59,125 bases of DNA, filler included, from Sphacelaria rigidula (GCA_964200075.2; 10 parts of 10 records of this genome joined end to end with filler, not necessarily neighbours in it), one strand, 5' to 3'; shown: positions 36,488-49,707, counted from the whole stretch's first letter. Numbers and translations: made by a program. The notes: generated by a model from the letters alone, not told the origin.

Positions 36488-39450
36488 GGGGGAGGTACTT
36501 CTCACCGGTTGTTCGTGGCGTCTCTCTTCTTATTTTTTCTTTGGTAATGTGTTTTGTAAGGAGTAGCAGGGACGGTGTTGGAAAGGCGAGCCTACGTCTG
36601 TGACCATGGGCTCGCGAGATCGGACTAATGTGCGGAAGTAGTTAGTAAGGCGTCTTGCTGGTGAGCCTGCCTTCGTCTTCCCTTTAACCATCACTCCGTA
36701 CATGACGATCTTGGGCAGGCGTTCATCGTGCATGCCCACAACGAGGCCGGCGTGTGGGAGGGCTCGTGTCATCACGGTGGCCTCGATGCACTCGCAGCTA
36801 CTTCTTTCGAGGACCTCGTGGTATGGCAGCATGTGGTAGTCAGGGGCGCTGCGGCTTGAGATATGCTCATTGAGGCATCTCAGCAGGAAACCTCCATGGG
36901 CGTCCCGTAACGCGCCGAAATTATCGTGTGCAGTCGTCCAGGTCACGCAGTCGTACAGCATTACCTCGATCACTTCAGTCTTCAGGAGTCAAACCTTGGT
37001 GGTCAGGGCGATATTCGGGTTGCCGTTTATCACTTTGCTGTGTTTGCTTGTAGAAGCACGTCCAGGTCTGGCCAATGCGGCTGTGCGTTACAGGAGTAAC
37101 ATCGTCGATGCTGCTGAATATTTCGCCAAGGCAGAGGACATACTCAAATTGCTTGTATGTTTGACCCGCTGTCTCCACCTCGACCGCATCCGCCTCCATG
37201 CTCGGGGAGCGCATGTGCATGACGACCGTCTTCTTCTCCGCCACGACGAGGCCAAATGCTGTACATACTTCGACGACGACAATCACCATTGCCAGGCGTA
37301 CGTAGACCGCGAGGCGATGCCAGCATCGTCGGCGTATAGCGTTGTCCTGAGCTTCCCACCCCTTTCAGCGATGGTGATAAAGTCCTGCGCCGCCGCTTTA
37401 TTGATGGAGAGGCGATGGAACGTCACCGTTAGCGCTGCTGCGAACAAGATGCTGGACAGACCGGGGGAAATCGTACAGCCTTGGCGGAGGCCCTGGTTAA
37501 CGTCCAACCACTCAGATGTCTCGCCGCTGTTAAGGTGTACGCATGCCCGTATGCCGTCGGGGTACTGGCGCATGATGGAAATCATTTTGGCGGGAATACC
37601 GTAGGGTGCTAGAACTTACCAGAGAAGAGGGCAGTCCACTGAGCCCCATGGATTTTGGAGGTTGATGATGAAGCACATATACAGAGGAAGATGGTTCTCC
37701 GACCAGTTCTGGTAGCCTGTGCACAACGAACATCATGTCGACTGTCGACCAGCCAGATCGGAAACTGTATTGCGCTTCTGGGAGGATCCCCTTCCACTCG
37801 TAGTAGGCGCTGAGGCGAGTCGTAACTATCTTGAGTACCACCTTGCCCGCGTGGAACCCGAGAGAAATACCGCGGTGGTTGCCGCGTTCGTAGGGTCCCG
37901 TTCCTTGAAAGAGCGCTACTTACTGACGCCACACAGTGAGCAAGATGTTGTGGTGGCACTTCGTTATGGCAGAGTCTTCGGTGCGGCCGAGCGTTAATAG
38001 TTCACCACAGATGCTGTCCGCCCCAACGGCCTTGCCGTTTGCCAGCTTGCTTCACTTCTTCCATCTATGGCTCGGCTGCGAGTGGTGCGTGCTCCAGCAT
38101 CTGTTCGACGAGATCGATGACAGTGGTCGATCGTAGGCCAGGTTGCGTTTAGCAGTGTTTTCAACCATTCCTTCCATCGTTGCAGGATGGCGTGCTCGTC
38201 CCCGCAACAGCTCGCCAGTCGCGCTCCTGACGTATGTTGAGTCGCACTGCTTCTTCCCTTCTAGTTCCAAGGGCTTGGTGTACTGGTACGGTCCTGCTAT
38301 TCTCCATTCCCTGTTTCGGTTGGTGGCTGGGACCAGACGATGGTCCGATTTCATCTTGGGGTGCACAGTGATATTTCGGATGAGCCTGAGGTTCTGCTCA
38401 CCAATAGGATGTAGTCCAGGCGCCAGCGGTGTTTGGCCTTCAGTCCCGCATACGTGTATGCGGTCGAGCTTTCCCCGCGAGAGCTGTTCGAAAAGATATG
38501 TCGGTGATGGCCATTTTATGCTCCGCAGCGCATTTTAGTTGGTGTCTACCATTATCATTCAAGGTGTCTCTGCCGTACTCCCCCCATACCCGAACGTCAT
38601 CCGTCCCTCCTTCTTCGCTATTTCTGGCACGAGCGTTGGCATTCATCATGAGAACCAGGTGCTCGTTGGTTGTTATTTCAACGATGGAACCGAGGGTTTC
38701 CCAGAACTTGGTCTTTTCAGAGTCTTGTGCTGTCTCAGTAGGAGTATACCCTACGATGAAGATTGTTGCAACTCCCACGTGATCGACGGCGATGGCTTCT
38801 GGACCCAGCGTGTTGGTGATGGACTCCTGAATGGCAAGGTCGACTCCGAGCATTTCCGGTTTACACCCGTCTCCGTTGTAGTGGCATCGATGTATCCTGC
38901 TGCTGGTGCGTGGAGGGTTGTATGTCCATCGCGACGGGTTTCTTGAAGGGCGACGAAATCCCAGTTGCATTTGGGCGCAAAAAGCAATAGGTCCTCTGCG
39001 TGGCCGGTGCCGTTGGGACCTTCCTCGGTAATGGTGCGTACATTTCAAGTGGGCATTATCAGCTCTTAGGATCGAGACACCACCCTTGCTGCAGCGCGAT
39101 TGGCGCGAGCCTGCACCTTGACTGCTCGCCGAGCTGGTCTTCCCCTTCTTCTCTTCCTACGTAGTTCATTATCCCTTTCCTTCTGGGGTTTGATCCAGCA
39201 TTCGTGGGACACTCTGCGTTCCCACGTGTTTTTCTGCCCACGCTGGTTCTTGCCTCTTCGTTACTGCGCGAGATTCAGCGGGCCCCGCGCACGTCGACCT
39301 CCACCAAGCCGATCTTTACCCTTACACGCATACCCCTGGCTGCCCTTAGGCAGCAATGTTTTCGGCGGTGACGACGATTAGTCGAATCAGCGGCTCCCAC
39401 CGGCTGGAGTAGGGCGTGTTCAAATATCATCGCCGTGTAAGAGCAAATTC
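36488..39450 (-). mobile_element. Degenerate LINE (RTE-like): APE endonuclease + RT
   Basis: T*NVRT (~39050), WDFVALQETR, MMNANAR and SDHRLV (APE); LPEAQYSFR..STVDMMF, QGLRQGC.ISP and LYADDAG (RT). Many frameshifts; ends approximate. Confidence 0.9.
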
Positions 39451-41969
39451 ACTGGTCAAAACCACCATATGGTGTAGTAATGCCAGCGCGATGGGCATTC
39501 AACCCCACACCACGGTGGCGCGGAGCAGTTCGACGGTGGGAATTACTCTCCGCACAAGCCGAGCGTTGTATCTTTGCAGGGGCTGCTGACTTAGCTGGCT
39601 TAACCCGGCCTCGGTAGTTCGGGTCGACGGTGGGGGAAGGGTATCGACTGTATCACGAGTGGTGAACACCGTATGGCTTATGCGTTCTGGTTTTTTATTG
39701 ATTGATTGTCGAGCTTTTACTGTGCGTGCAGGAGCACTTTGGCAGTACGAGTCAACCAGCTCCCGCACGGACGTGGTACAGAGTAGATTGAAAGCAGGGG
39801 TCATTGATGCTCCGTACTAGCTATGCTGTGCCTTCCTTGGGCCACTGCCGTCAGCTGGCCCGATCCGGCCTTAGCTGCTGGGGGCCGAGGCCGGGGAAAA
39901 GGATATGTGTCCCGAACCACCCCTACCCCCCTCCAACATGCACAATGATCTGTAGAAGTTGGGATCCCCAGTTATTATAATGGGGTACCCCTACACCGTA
40001 AATACTCGCCGGAAATTTCAACAAGGGCGGCGATGTGGATATCGGATTCTTCGCGAGAGCGCTTTCACAAGATCATTGTAACTTCATTGCACCCACGACT
40101 TCACTTACGAAGACTGACGGCTTATCGATGTGGTGCGAATAACTTCAAAACATTCCCAACATCAAATAGCAATTACAAGTGAATTCTGGGGGAACATTTT
40201 CCCCCTCGTGTTCTTCCTGTCACTGGCGATTTGACGTGGATCAGTTTTCACATCAACTGTTTGGACTAAAAAATCCAACAACCGTCTTTTGAAAACTAAT
40301 GTCAACATACAGTGGGCTGTTTGATTCGTCAGCCGGCAGCTATCACTTCGGGAGTCGAAACAGACCGAAAGGAAGGTGTGGTATAATTGATTAATTGAAA
40401 TTTAATCACGCTTTCCCGAGGTCAGTACCATACCGTAGAGTACAGTTCAACAATAGTGAGATACAGAGAACACTGCAAGTAAGCGTACAGGACAGTTCTA
40501 TCACTACAGTAGGTTATACGAGCGTGTGGTGTGAATGTACATAGCACAGGGTGTGTTCCTCCATGACATTGTCTAACTGAAGGATCACCGAGCAGCTCCT
40601 GGCGTGTATGGCGTATCAAAGCACAAATATTGGTTTTTACTCTTCGAGATCGAGGTTCGTTTGCCACTTGGTAAGAGTGGAAACTTTATCGAAATATTCA
40701 ATTTCGAATAACCCTAACCCTAACCCTAACCATAGGGCTTTTCAAATTCCGATGCGGTCCTATAAGCACACGGTCCTCTCACGCATTACAATGACGGGGG
40801 TGGGACTTGAGTGTCATGATTTTGCACCTAATACTCGCAGCGTTCGAATTTTGTGATTCGGTGTGTTTAAATGGTTTGACTAAAAGAGTTCGGCGTTGAT
40901 CCCGCTTGCTTGCGAAACCGGGGGGGTTTTGGTTCTCGATTTTACACTTGAGAATAATGTTGTAGCAGGGGGGCTGGAGTGCTGTTGAACATTTCACTTG
41001 ATAGTGTCTTGATACTCAAGCAACAATACGAGCTGGACCAGCAGAGAGGCGGATTTGAAGTTTGCAGGCGAGTGCGCCGGCCAATATTTAGAGTTGGAGC
41101 GTAAAATTCGGTATGGGCAATGCACAGGGTATAAAACAAAATATTGAATAAGCACCAGAGGTTGTTTTTGTCGTGAGTTAAGGGTGATATACTTAATAAC
41201 TCACGAAAAAAACAACTTTTAACAACCGATCCTAATTTTTGGGGTTGAAACGAAAAATGAGGTTGCAGTGAGTCATCATACAATAGGGGAGGGGGGGTAT
41301 TTGGTTGCACGAAAAAAGAGGCTCATAAGTGTGTCAGACATCCTTCCACAATTCAGTTGNNNNNNNNNNNNNNNNNNNNNNNNNNNNNNNNNNNNNNNNN
41401 NNNTTAATTAATTAANNNNNNNNNNNNNNNNNNNNNNNNNNNNNNNNNNNNNNNNNNNNCTCTGGTGATATCGTCATCGACACGCGTGTCCACCGCATTT
41501 CGTTGGGTGCACCTAGCCAGAGTTACTTAACCCTTGGACCGCGGTGCCCGTAGTCCATCTGGACCACGCGTGTACTTTTTTCAAGTGGATATTGATGCTG
41601 ACTGAGCAGGTGACCTACTCTCGCGGTCTAACGGGTAACTCCTGCTGCGGAGGTTTGGGAAGGAAGATACTTTCGCTCTCTTACTCTTTCGTATCTTCCC
41701 TGCAATAGAGAAATGGGACTTCAACCTCATTTTTTGTTTCAACCCCAAAAATTAGGATCGGCTGTTATTTCAGTACATATCACTTGTTTTCCCCTGTACT
41801 GGACGCTGGCTTTATTCTTTTAACGCCATCACCAGCAGTAGCCACGCTTGCCAGACACACCCGATGTGCACAGCTCGCACAAAGAGATGCGCACAGCTAG
41901 ATCTACTAGCACATAGCCTGGGGAGGAAGCATTGACTCATGAGCGGGCAGTACGGACCAGCGCTTTCCG

Positions 41970-42034
41970 GTAAGGTGCGTGGGCGTTGTCGCACGATTGA
42001 AACGCGGACCGTCTCTCCCATGAGGAAAAACGGC

Positions 42035-42070
<36 letters not shown>

Positions 42071-42219
42071 GTCGGCACTGGCTGATTAAGACCCACCCCC
42101 AGCCGCGTACATCTACTGGCAGTAAAGATGCTGCTGATACTGCTGCTGTTGCTTCTTCTCCTTCTCGTGCGGAAAGGCGGTCCGCGTTTCGACCTGCGAC
42201 AACACCCATACCCCCTTGC
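41970..42219 (+). ncRNA. Candidate microRNA-precursor-like hairpin
   Basis: ~100-bp imperfect stem. TTGAAACGCGGACCGTCTCTC (41997-42017) pairs with GAAAGGCGGTCCGCGTTTCGA (42172-42192) with one mismatch and two G:U pairs. Confidence 0.45.
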
Positions 42220-42392
42220 GCGTGGTTGCTGCCCTCCTTGAAGTCGCTGGTCTGTTCGCGTGCTGTTTCACCGTTTTTGTATCACTTGTTTCCCACCCTA
42301 GCATACTCGATTAAGACGGCGCGTGATTTCTCGTGATAGTGAAGTTGTGAGTTGCGAACCGTCACTTCACTATCACTATCACGAAATGATTA

Positions 42393-43363
42393 CAGGCTGG
42401 GCGGCCCAAGAAGCCACCAGGAATGTTGAAACGCATTTCCTGCGCTCAACTTTGGATCGTTTTCGATGAAATTTTGACACGATGTACAGGATATGTGTGC
42501 GAACACCCCACCTTTCACCCCCTGTTTTTTTTCTTCTTCTTCGTGAGTTATTGGCAATTTTGTTCCGTAAAAACTGTTCTGAAATGTTGCTTCGCCAATA
42601 ACTCACGGAGAAAAAAACAAAAACAGGGGATGGAAGGTGAGGTGTTCGCACATACGTCCAGTACATCGTGTCAAAATTCCATCGAGAACGATCCAAAATT
42701 GAGCGCAGGAAATGCGTCATTCCGTCGACAAGCGGTTACCATAGTATACGGATGTGGACCAGTTACGAATAATTCAAACGCATTTATCCTATTCAATTTC
42801 AAGCTGTTTTCGATTTAATTTGGACACGATGCACAGGACGTATGTGCGAATACGGAACCTTTCCTCCTATATTTTCTTTGTTTTTCTGCGTGAGTTATTG
42901 GTGATTTTGTTCCGAAAAAAAATGTTCTGCAATGTTCCGTCGCGAATAACTCACGAAGAAAAAAAAAAAAACACACGGGAGGAACGAAGGGGTGTTTGCA
43001 CTTACTTCCTGATACATCATGTCAAAATTTCATCGGAAACGACTGAGTATTGAGCTCGGGAATTGTGTCACAACTTGTGCGGCACCACGCGGCACAAAAT
43101 TGGCTGTAGGCGAAATTCCAATCTCAGTCGAATTATTTTGGCTAATTCCGCCGCACGCAGTACCCTCAACTCTCTACACATTCGCACTTGATCACAGTTT
43201 GGTATTTCGTTTGATGAGACCTTATCGGATCGCAGTGCTACATGGATTTGAAGACGCACGTTGACTGCCGATTACCACGATGTGTCATAGTGGGCACAAC
43301 TCGCGATACATCGTGAGTAGGAACGGGGTGAAGGAAAGTGAGCTTCTTGGGCGGCCCAGCCTG
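42393..43363. mobile_element. Tc1/mariner-type non-autonomous element with modular internal inverted repeats
   Basis: TA|CAGGCTGGGCGGCCCAAGAAGC ... GCTTCTTGGGCGGCCCAGCCTG|TA; relative at 48364-49498. Confidence 0.85.
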
Positions 43364-44329
43364 TATCATTGATTTAAATTACACACGCGGAGGGCGTTAT
43401 TTTCGAGCAGCACGCGCACTAGCGTTTTCCGTCTTGTCGACATAGTGCCAGCGCGTTCGTGCACCAAAGCGCTGTACTTCCTTGTGGCAGCCCGTCACGG
43501 TAGTGCCCCTCATGTTTCATCACGCCTTATTCGAAAACGCCAAGAAGAGATGCCAGCGAGTCCATCGTTGTTGCACTTGGATTGTGGTGAATCAGTTGTT
43601 TTTCGATAGAATCCCCGCATGCCGCGTGTTGTACCAAATAGTATATACCGTACCAGTTCGAAAACGGATATTGTGTGTATTATATATACGCCACCGACAT
43701 GCTCTGGTTATCATGGACTGTGTACGAGGCGCGGGAAGCGTAGTTTTTGTCAAGGAATGCAAGAACGCAGCCATACTGCAGTACAGGCAATATGAAACAT
43801 GTGATTCGAACGAGACACAAGATGAAGCATTTACATTATGATAAATACCTGGGCGTTTTGGTACTGGAACGAGTCCACCAGTCACTCCACTGCCTACCGT
43901 ACGAAGGTAGCAAGGGTTGGACGAATCATTGATTCGTCCGGAAATTATTCGATTTTTAGTGTAAGTGATTCGTATCGTATGCATCAATGCTTAGCCTTTT
44001 ATTTCAGCGTCGCTACCCAGGTACGCGTAGCCCAGGCACGTGGAACGGCACAAAAGTTGCGTGGAGACCTGTTTGACCAGCTGTCGACCTTTTCCTTTAT
44101 TTCGGGCAATCAGGCCTGAGAAATCGTGGCTTTGGTGATTCGAATCGGCGATGATTCGTTCGGACCGTAGAAGATAGATACCACGTGTAAATTACACAAC
44201 AAGTTATTGGCAGACCTTCTCACGTTAGAGTAGAAGGGCCCAGCCGAGATCACTCCGGTTTCATCGCCGAAATCCGGGACCGCAACGTCATATTGTATCA
44301 CAATCACCGAAATAAATTGATATTGGAAG

Positions 44330-45060
44330 CGCCCTGAACACAGGGCAATCTATCACAACACAGTACCGGAGATACCGTACCTTTTATTGTTCGGAAGACA
44401 GCCCAGATTACCAATCGACATCATACTCGGCATACCCGAGGAGAGCCAAGCCGCAACACCCGATAAACTTTCCGAAGAGACACGACAAAACTCATAGTTT
44501 GGGTTGGTAATTGCGAGACAAGCTCTACGAGAAAAAGCATACGAGCAAGAAAACAAGAACAAATTAGAACCGTTCCCAGTGTTCAAATCCAGTCAAAAGC
44601 CCCTCATTTACCGACCATACCAGGATTCAGAAGGGCCGAACCCGAAACTCCAATTGCCATGGAGAGGGCCTTTCATGATAACTGAGAGACTATCGCCGGT
44701 TGTGTGCAGAATCAAGATAGGCGACGACTCTGAAGAAATGTCAGTACATCTCGCTCACTTGAAGAAATATCGTTCACGAGAAACGCCACCCGTATCAGAT
44801 TTTGATACGTCGAGTGAGTTGTTCATAGGCAAACGGGTACCTCTACCAGAGAGACCAACCAGACGAAACATTGCCTACAATAGAACGTTACGCTGTCGGG
44901 AAAGTGGTGGCCTACGCTCCAAGACCAAGTCGGAGAAGTCTTCATAACCATAAATATCGGTTGAGACTCTAAAGCTACGGCCCAGCAGCTGACCTAACCT
45001 ATCGAGCTGACGAAACACCACAAGGTAGACATCTCATCGATATACACTGTCATGACAATG
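44330..45060 (+). mobile_element. Ty3/gypsy integrase C-terminus + chromodomain-like remnant
   Basis: LLLFGRQPRLPIDIILG, PKLQLPWRGPF (GPY/F motif), VHLAHLKKY, then KYRLRL*SYGPAADLTY; frameshifted. Confidence 0.75.
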
Positions 45061-45713
45061 AGTTAGCAAAGCGCTCACATCCGGAGACGAAATCCAAATA
45101 TACCGGTAGACGGAAACGGATGTGACTGTTCAACAGACTGTTCGAGCGTCCTAGCAAAACACAGCAATAGCCAGGGGTCACAACCCGGAGATCAATGAGA
45201 GTCATGAAAAATCAATGACGTTACAACAATGCAGACATGAACGGAAGAATATCTGACATGCCAGCGGTGACGAGGGTGCAACTTCCCAAGGAAGATAGCC
45301 TCTCAGCAATGGGGGCAGTTGCTGAAAAAAAGCAAATATCATTTCGATGATGTTTCATCAAAGAGCACAATGCTCGCAAGAAAACATCATACCCACCGCC
45401 TTGTTACTAACGCGAGGACTTTGTCCTACTTCGGTGTCAGTGGCACCGAAGGCAACCCAGATCCCGCGCATGAATACCTCAAGCGCCCGTGGACCGGTCA
45501 GTGTCCAAGTGCCTGGTCATGTATACCTAACGGATGTAGTCAGCACCAAAGTGCAAACTTATCCCGTAAAAAGTGTACCGCACAGGCCGCAGTTACATGA
45601 CACAACATGACAAGAAGCAAGGGTCATTTTGACGATGTTCAGCCAAAAGAGCACAATGCTCACAGGTGCAAAACATGTTAAAAATAAAAAACAAAATGCA
45701 CACACAAAATTAA

Positions 45714-46755
45714 CCCTTTTGGGACCGGGCCCCCACTAACACAGGGTTGACCCTGTGTTAGTGGAATAATAAAAAATATGTCTTCGACCGACCTACCCAA
45801 TCACAGCGAGGCAAAAAGTATCGACCAGACCCGAACGACAAGCGCGGGGATTGTTGTCGGATGTGACACCACTGGAAAAATCGTGTGGGGCCCTATCCCT
45901 GGCCCAGATAAGCTTTCCCAGGTTTCCAAGTGCAGGGCGGTCGCAGCTTGGTTTTATGGTATCACTTGCACTCAGTATACCGTTCCCGAGTTTTTCCGGA
46001 GCATTTTTTGGGTCCCAGATCTATACTGAAACGTACTTATTTACGCTAACACAGGGTGGGCCGAGAAAAACCGGGAAGGAGTGTACATGCTACCATGTGA
46101 TCATTTTCACCACGCCCTAAAACCAGGTGGGCTGTGGAAAGACAAAATGATCTACTGTCATGAGTTTTGCTTATCCCTCTGGCGATGACTTGCAGGGTGC
46201 AGTGAACAACTACGTAGTGGATGGGGATCAAGAAGCTGTATATAGGCAGTTGATCACGGTAGCCGAAAACTGCCCAGAACGTGCAAGGGCGTATGCAGCG
46301 GCAGCTGTGCTCCAGTCGGAGAGGGGTATTACACTGTACTGTATACTGTACCATTGTATGCATGAGCGCTGCAACGTTGATTCCCTTCGAAGAGAATTTG
46401 CCGCATGCAACAAGGGGGGAAATGGCGGCCCACCCCGACAACAAAGGGCTGTGTGGCAAGGTGATGGGGACTATAGTATCATCCAAAGCCACAAGTGGCG
46501 GGCGGCCCGCCGGTCGCCGCATCCTGTTGGAAGCTAGCTCTGTACCACGACTCATACTGCTTGCTACATCAGATGTACACCACCTAATGCGCACCCTGCA
46601 CCTGAAAATAGTTCGGATAAAACTTTCGGTCTTCGTCATAACCCTGCGGTAATATACACGGATTTTCAGCAACACGCCACTGTTTTGTGCAGACGCCAGG
46701 CACGTCATTCCTGACCAGCCTACTTGGTCGTTCTGGAGGCCCGGTCCCAAAAGAC
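45714..46755. mobile_element. piggyBac-like non-autonomous element
   Basis: TTAA|CCCTTTTGGGACCGGGCC ... GGCCCGGTCCCAAAAGAC|TTAA (16/18 TIR match). Confidence 0.72.
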
Positions 46756-46859
46756 TTAAGGCCCATTCCGTGAAATTCTCTTGATTTGTTCCTGTTGGTT
46801 TCCCTCCGATCATGGATCAGTAGGGTTGGGGACTGGACCAGTATCTACTGACAGTATTC

Positions 46860-47064
46860 CAAGGGTAGATCGAGTAGAGTACACTCAATTGCGGGGTATT
46901 TTGAAAGCCGTACTTAAAGTACACAAATTGGGGGTAGGGTTTCCGGGATCGCTTTCCAGTTAAATTTTGGGTACAACTCCCAACACTCTACCCTGATTTG
47001 AGTACCCCAAGTACATCTTTCAAAATACCCCGCAATCGAGTATACTCTACTCGACCTGCCCTTG
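46860..47064. mobile_element. 205-bp foldback MITE with an 8-bp TSD (hAT/P-like)
   Basis: Long TIRs CAAGGG(T/C)AG(A/G)TCGAGTAGAGTA.ACTC.ATTGCGGGGTATTTTGAAAG; flanks CAGTATTC / CAGTATTT. Confidence 0.8.
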
Positions 47065-48063
47065 CAGTATTTCTGTACTGGCAGTTTCCCTGCACTGCGT
47101 CAGAGCTGCCAGTACAGCCAGTGCATACCCATCTTACGTGCGTCCTATATTATGCCTCCTTAACCACATGGAAACTCACCGAAACTGCGCCGCATGAGAG
47201 GCAGAAGAGGAGAGAGGTTGAGAACAGGGCACACACACACTAGAGGGGAACCACAAAATCGATGGACCAATATGTCACTAGNNNNNNNNNNNNNNNNNNN
47301 NNNNNNNNNNNNNNNNNNNNNNNNNTTAATTAATTAANNNNNNNNNNNNNNNNNNNNNNNNNNNNNNNNNNNNNNNNNNNNCTTGGACCGCGGTGTCGGT
47401 AGTCCATCTGGACCACGTGTACTTTTTTCAAGTGAATAATGATGCCGATTCAGCAGGTGACCTATCCTCGCGGTCTAACGGTCAACTCCGCCTGCGGAGT
47501 TTTGAGGAGGAAGATACTTTCGCTCTGTGTTACTGTTTCGTATCTTCCCTGCAATAGAGAAATGCGACTTCAACCTCATTTTGTGTTTCAACCCCATTTT
47601 CTAGGATCCACTGTCAAGTGAGGCAGTCCATCGTGCAGCCCGGAGTACGGGATCTTGCCGAGTTGTAGCGCGTTCCGGTGGGCTGTTTTGGATGTGCTCG
47701 TGCGACCGTTTTTTGCCATTCATTCAACTTTATATCAGCTTAGGTCATCGTACTTTGAACGTCTGGTTACCTCCGTCATATCGTAGGGCGCGACGCGACG
47801 ATGATCTGTTTGAGCATGAGAATAAATATGCAGCGGGCGGGGATACGAAGCACAGGGCACCACGAGACAAGAACAAACTACATAGCCCATGCTCAACTTT
47901 TCATGCTCAACGTGCGTATGGTAAGTAGACGACAGAACAAAAGAGCGCAAAGAGCCGAAGCAGCATACCATCATAGTACACTGTACATGCTCTCCAAGCA
48001 TATCAGTGATACCCAGTTGTGAACTTCAAAAGCACTCTGTCTACTTCATAACTGTACTAAATG

Positions 48064-48337
48064 GAGCTATGCTACGGTAGGGGCCGCACTTTTTTAGCGA
48101 AAACGTTCCCCGGGGTTGCTCGGGGTGTTGTCGGATTATTTAGGGAATCGACATCATTTTTACTTGAAAAAGACTGAAAATGATGCCGGGTCACGAAACG
48201 GCCCCTGCGTGCGAACACTATGTTTGTGGGAGTCCAGTCCCCGGAGGTTTGGGTTGCACAGTAAGCCCTATATAATTTGGTTCCTACAAAAAAGAGGCCC
48301 GAAAACAAAAAGTGCAGCCCCTACCGTAGCATTGCTC
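48064..48337. mobile_element. Sola-like MITE (GAG..CTC ends, 4-bp TSD)
   Basis: AATG|GAGC(T/A)ATGCTACGGTAGGGGC.GCACTTTT ... |AATG; another left end at 56868. Confidence 0.75.
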
Positions 48338-48363
48338 AATGAAGCGATCTTGCAGCCAAGATA

Positions 48364-49498
48364 TAGGCTGGGCCGCCTAAGAAGCGGACATTCCTTTAGC
48401 CGGTTCTAACTGACGATCTATCGCAAGTTGTGCCTACTACGGCACATCGTGGTAATCTGCAAATCAACGCGCGTCTTTCACTCCACGTAGCACTGCGATC
48501 TGACAAGATCCCATCAAAGGAAATACCAAACTGCATTCAGCTGCGAAGTGTAGAGAGTTGAGGGTGGCATGTGCGGCGGAATTAGCGGGGGGAAACGGTT
48601 GAAATCGCATTTACGGTTACAGTCGGTTGTGCCGCGGCCGCAAAGTGATGGTGCTGCACTAGTTAGTTGTGGTTGTACAACAAGGCATATCGTACTGTAG
48701 GCGCGCAGTGTCTGAGATGGCACGCAGACAAGACCTCCAGCGCGCCGGGGCGTCGCGCTTGTAGAAAACGTCAAAGTCCCGGCTGAGGTTATTGCACTCT
48801 AAAAGCAAGTGGACCAATTCTCGATAGAAGAAAGCGATTTCACTGCTCAATTTGAAGTCTTTTTCCATGAAATTTTGACACAATGTACGTAGGGTATATG
48901 TGGAGCCCCTACCGTTTGCCCCTCTTTTTAATTTTTACTTTCCTCGTATGTTATTGGTGATCTACATTTCGGAACAGTTTTTCCTGGTACAAAAGCGTCG
49001 ACAACTCATTGAAAAATAACAAAAAATTCAAGGGGGGACAACAGGGACTTCACAACATACATCATGCGCATCGTGTCGAAAGTTCGTGAAAAAATACTTG
49101 AAATTGAACAGCATAACCGCATTTCAGTTTTTCGTGGCTGGTAATTCTCCACGTAGGAACCACTCTTGGACCCGAATACGCGATTTAGCAGCTTAATTCC
49201 AGGTCGTTTTCCATGAAAGTTTGACACAATGTACAAGATGTACGTGCAAAGACATCTCCATTTGCCCCGTACATTTTTCTTTCTTTCTCCGTGAGTTATC
49301 GGCGACCAAACATTTCAGAACAGTTTTTCGGAACAAAATCGTGAACAACTAAAAAAAAAAAATGTACGGGTCAAACGGGGGCGTTTTCGCACATACGTCC
49401 TGAACACTGTGTCAAAATTTCATAGAAAACGACCCAAAATTGAGCTGCTAAACCGCGTGTTCACATCCCCCTGTCCGCGTCTTGGGCAGCCCAGCCTG
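48364..49498. mobile_element. Second member of the CAGGCTGGGC TIR family
   Basis: TA|TAGGCTGGGCCGCCTAAGA ... TCTTGGGCAGCCCAGCCTG|TA; internal modules homologous to 42393-43363. Confidence 0.82.
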
Positions 49499-49648
49499 TA
49501 TGCGGTGGAAGGGCAAATTGTGAACAGGCACACTATTTACTCTATATAAAAGCAGTAACATTATACCGGATCAGACTCACACGCCAGAAAAACCTCCCCT
49601 CCAAAATTTTGTGTTGGGAGCATGCCGGGGTTGACTCTACACAAGCAC

Positions 49649-49707
49649 GGTCAGTACACCGCATTGTGGCTGTGGAAACCCAAGTTCGATTCTCGGATTG
49701 GACACCA
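49649..49707 (+). pseudogene. 3' 59 nt of mature tRNA-His(GTG), including CCA
   Basis: GGTCAGTAC-A-CCGCA TTGTGGC TGTGG-AAAC-CCAAG TTCGATT CTCGG-ATTGGAC-A-CCA. Anticodon GTG at 49666-49668; the 5' acceptor strand is absent. Confidence 0.8.

Noticed and set aside
40709..40731. (TAACCC)3-4 as a telomere
   Set aside because: Only ~3.5 units, internal to the contig; at most an interstitial or TE-borne motif.
49649..49707. Functional tRNA-His gene
   Set aside because: The 5' acceptor strand and 5' D-stem are missing, and the encoded CCA indicates an RNA-derived copy.
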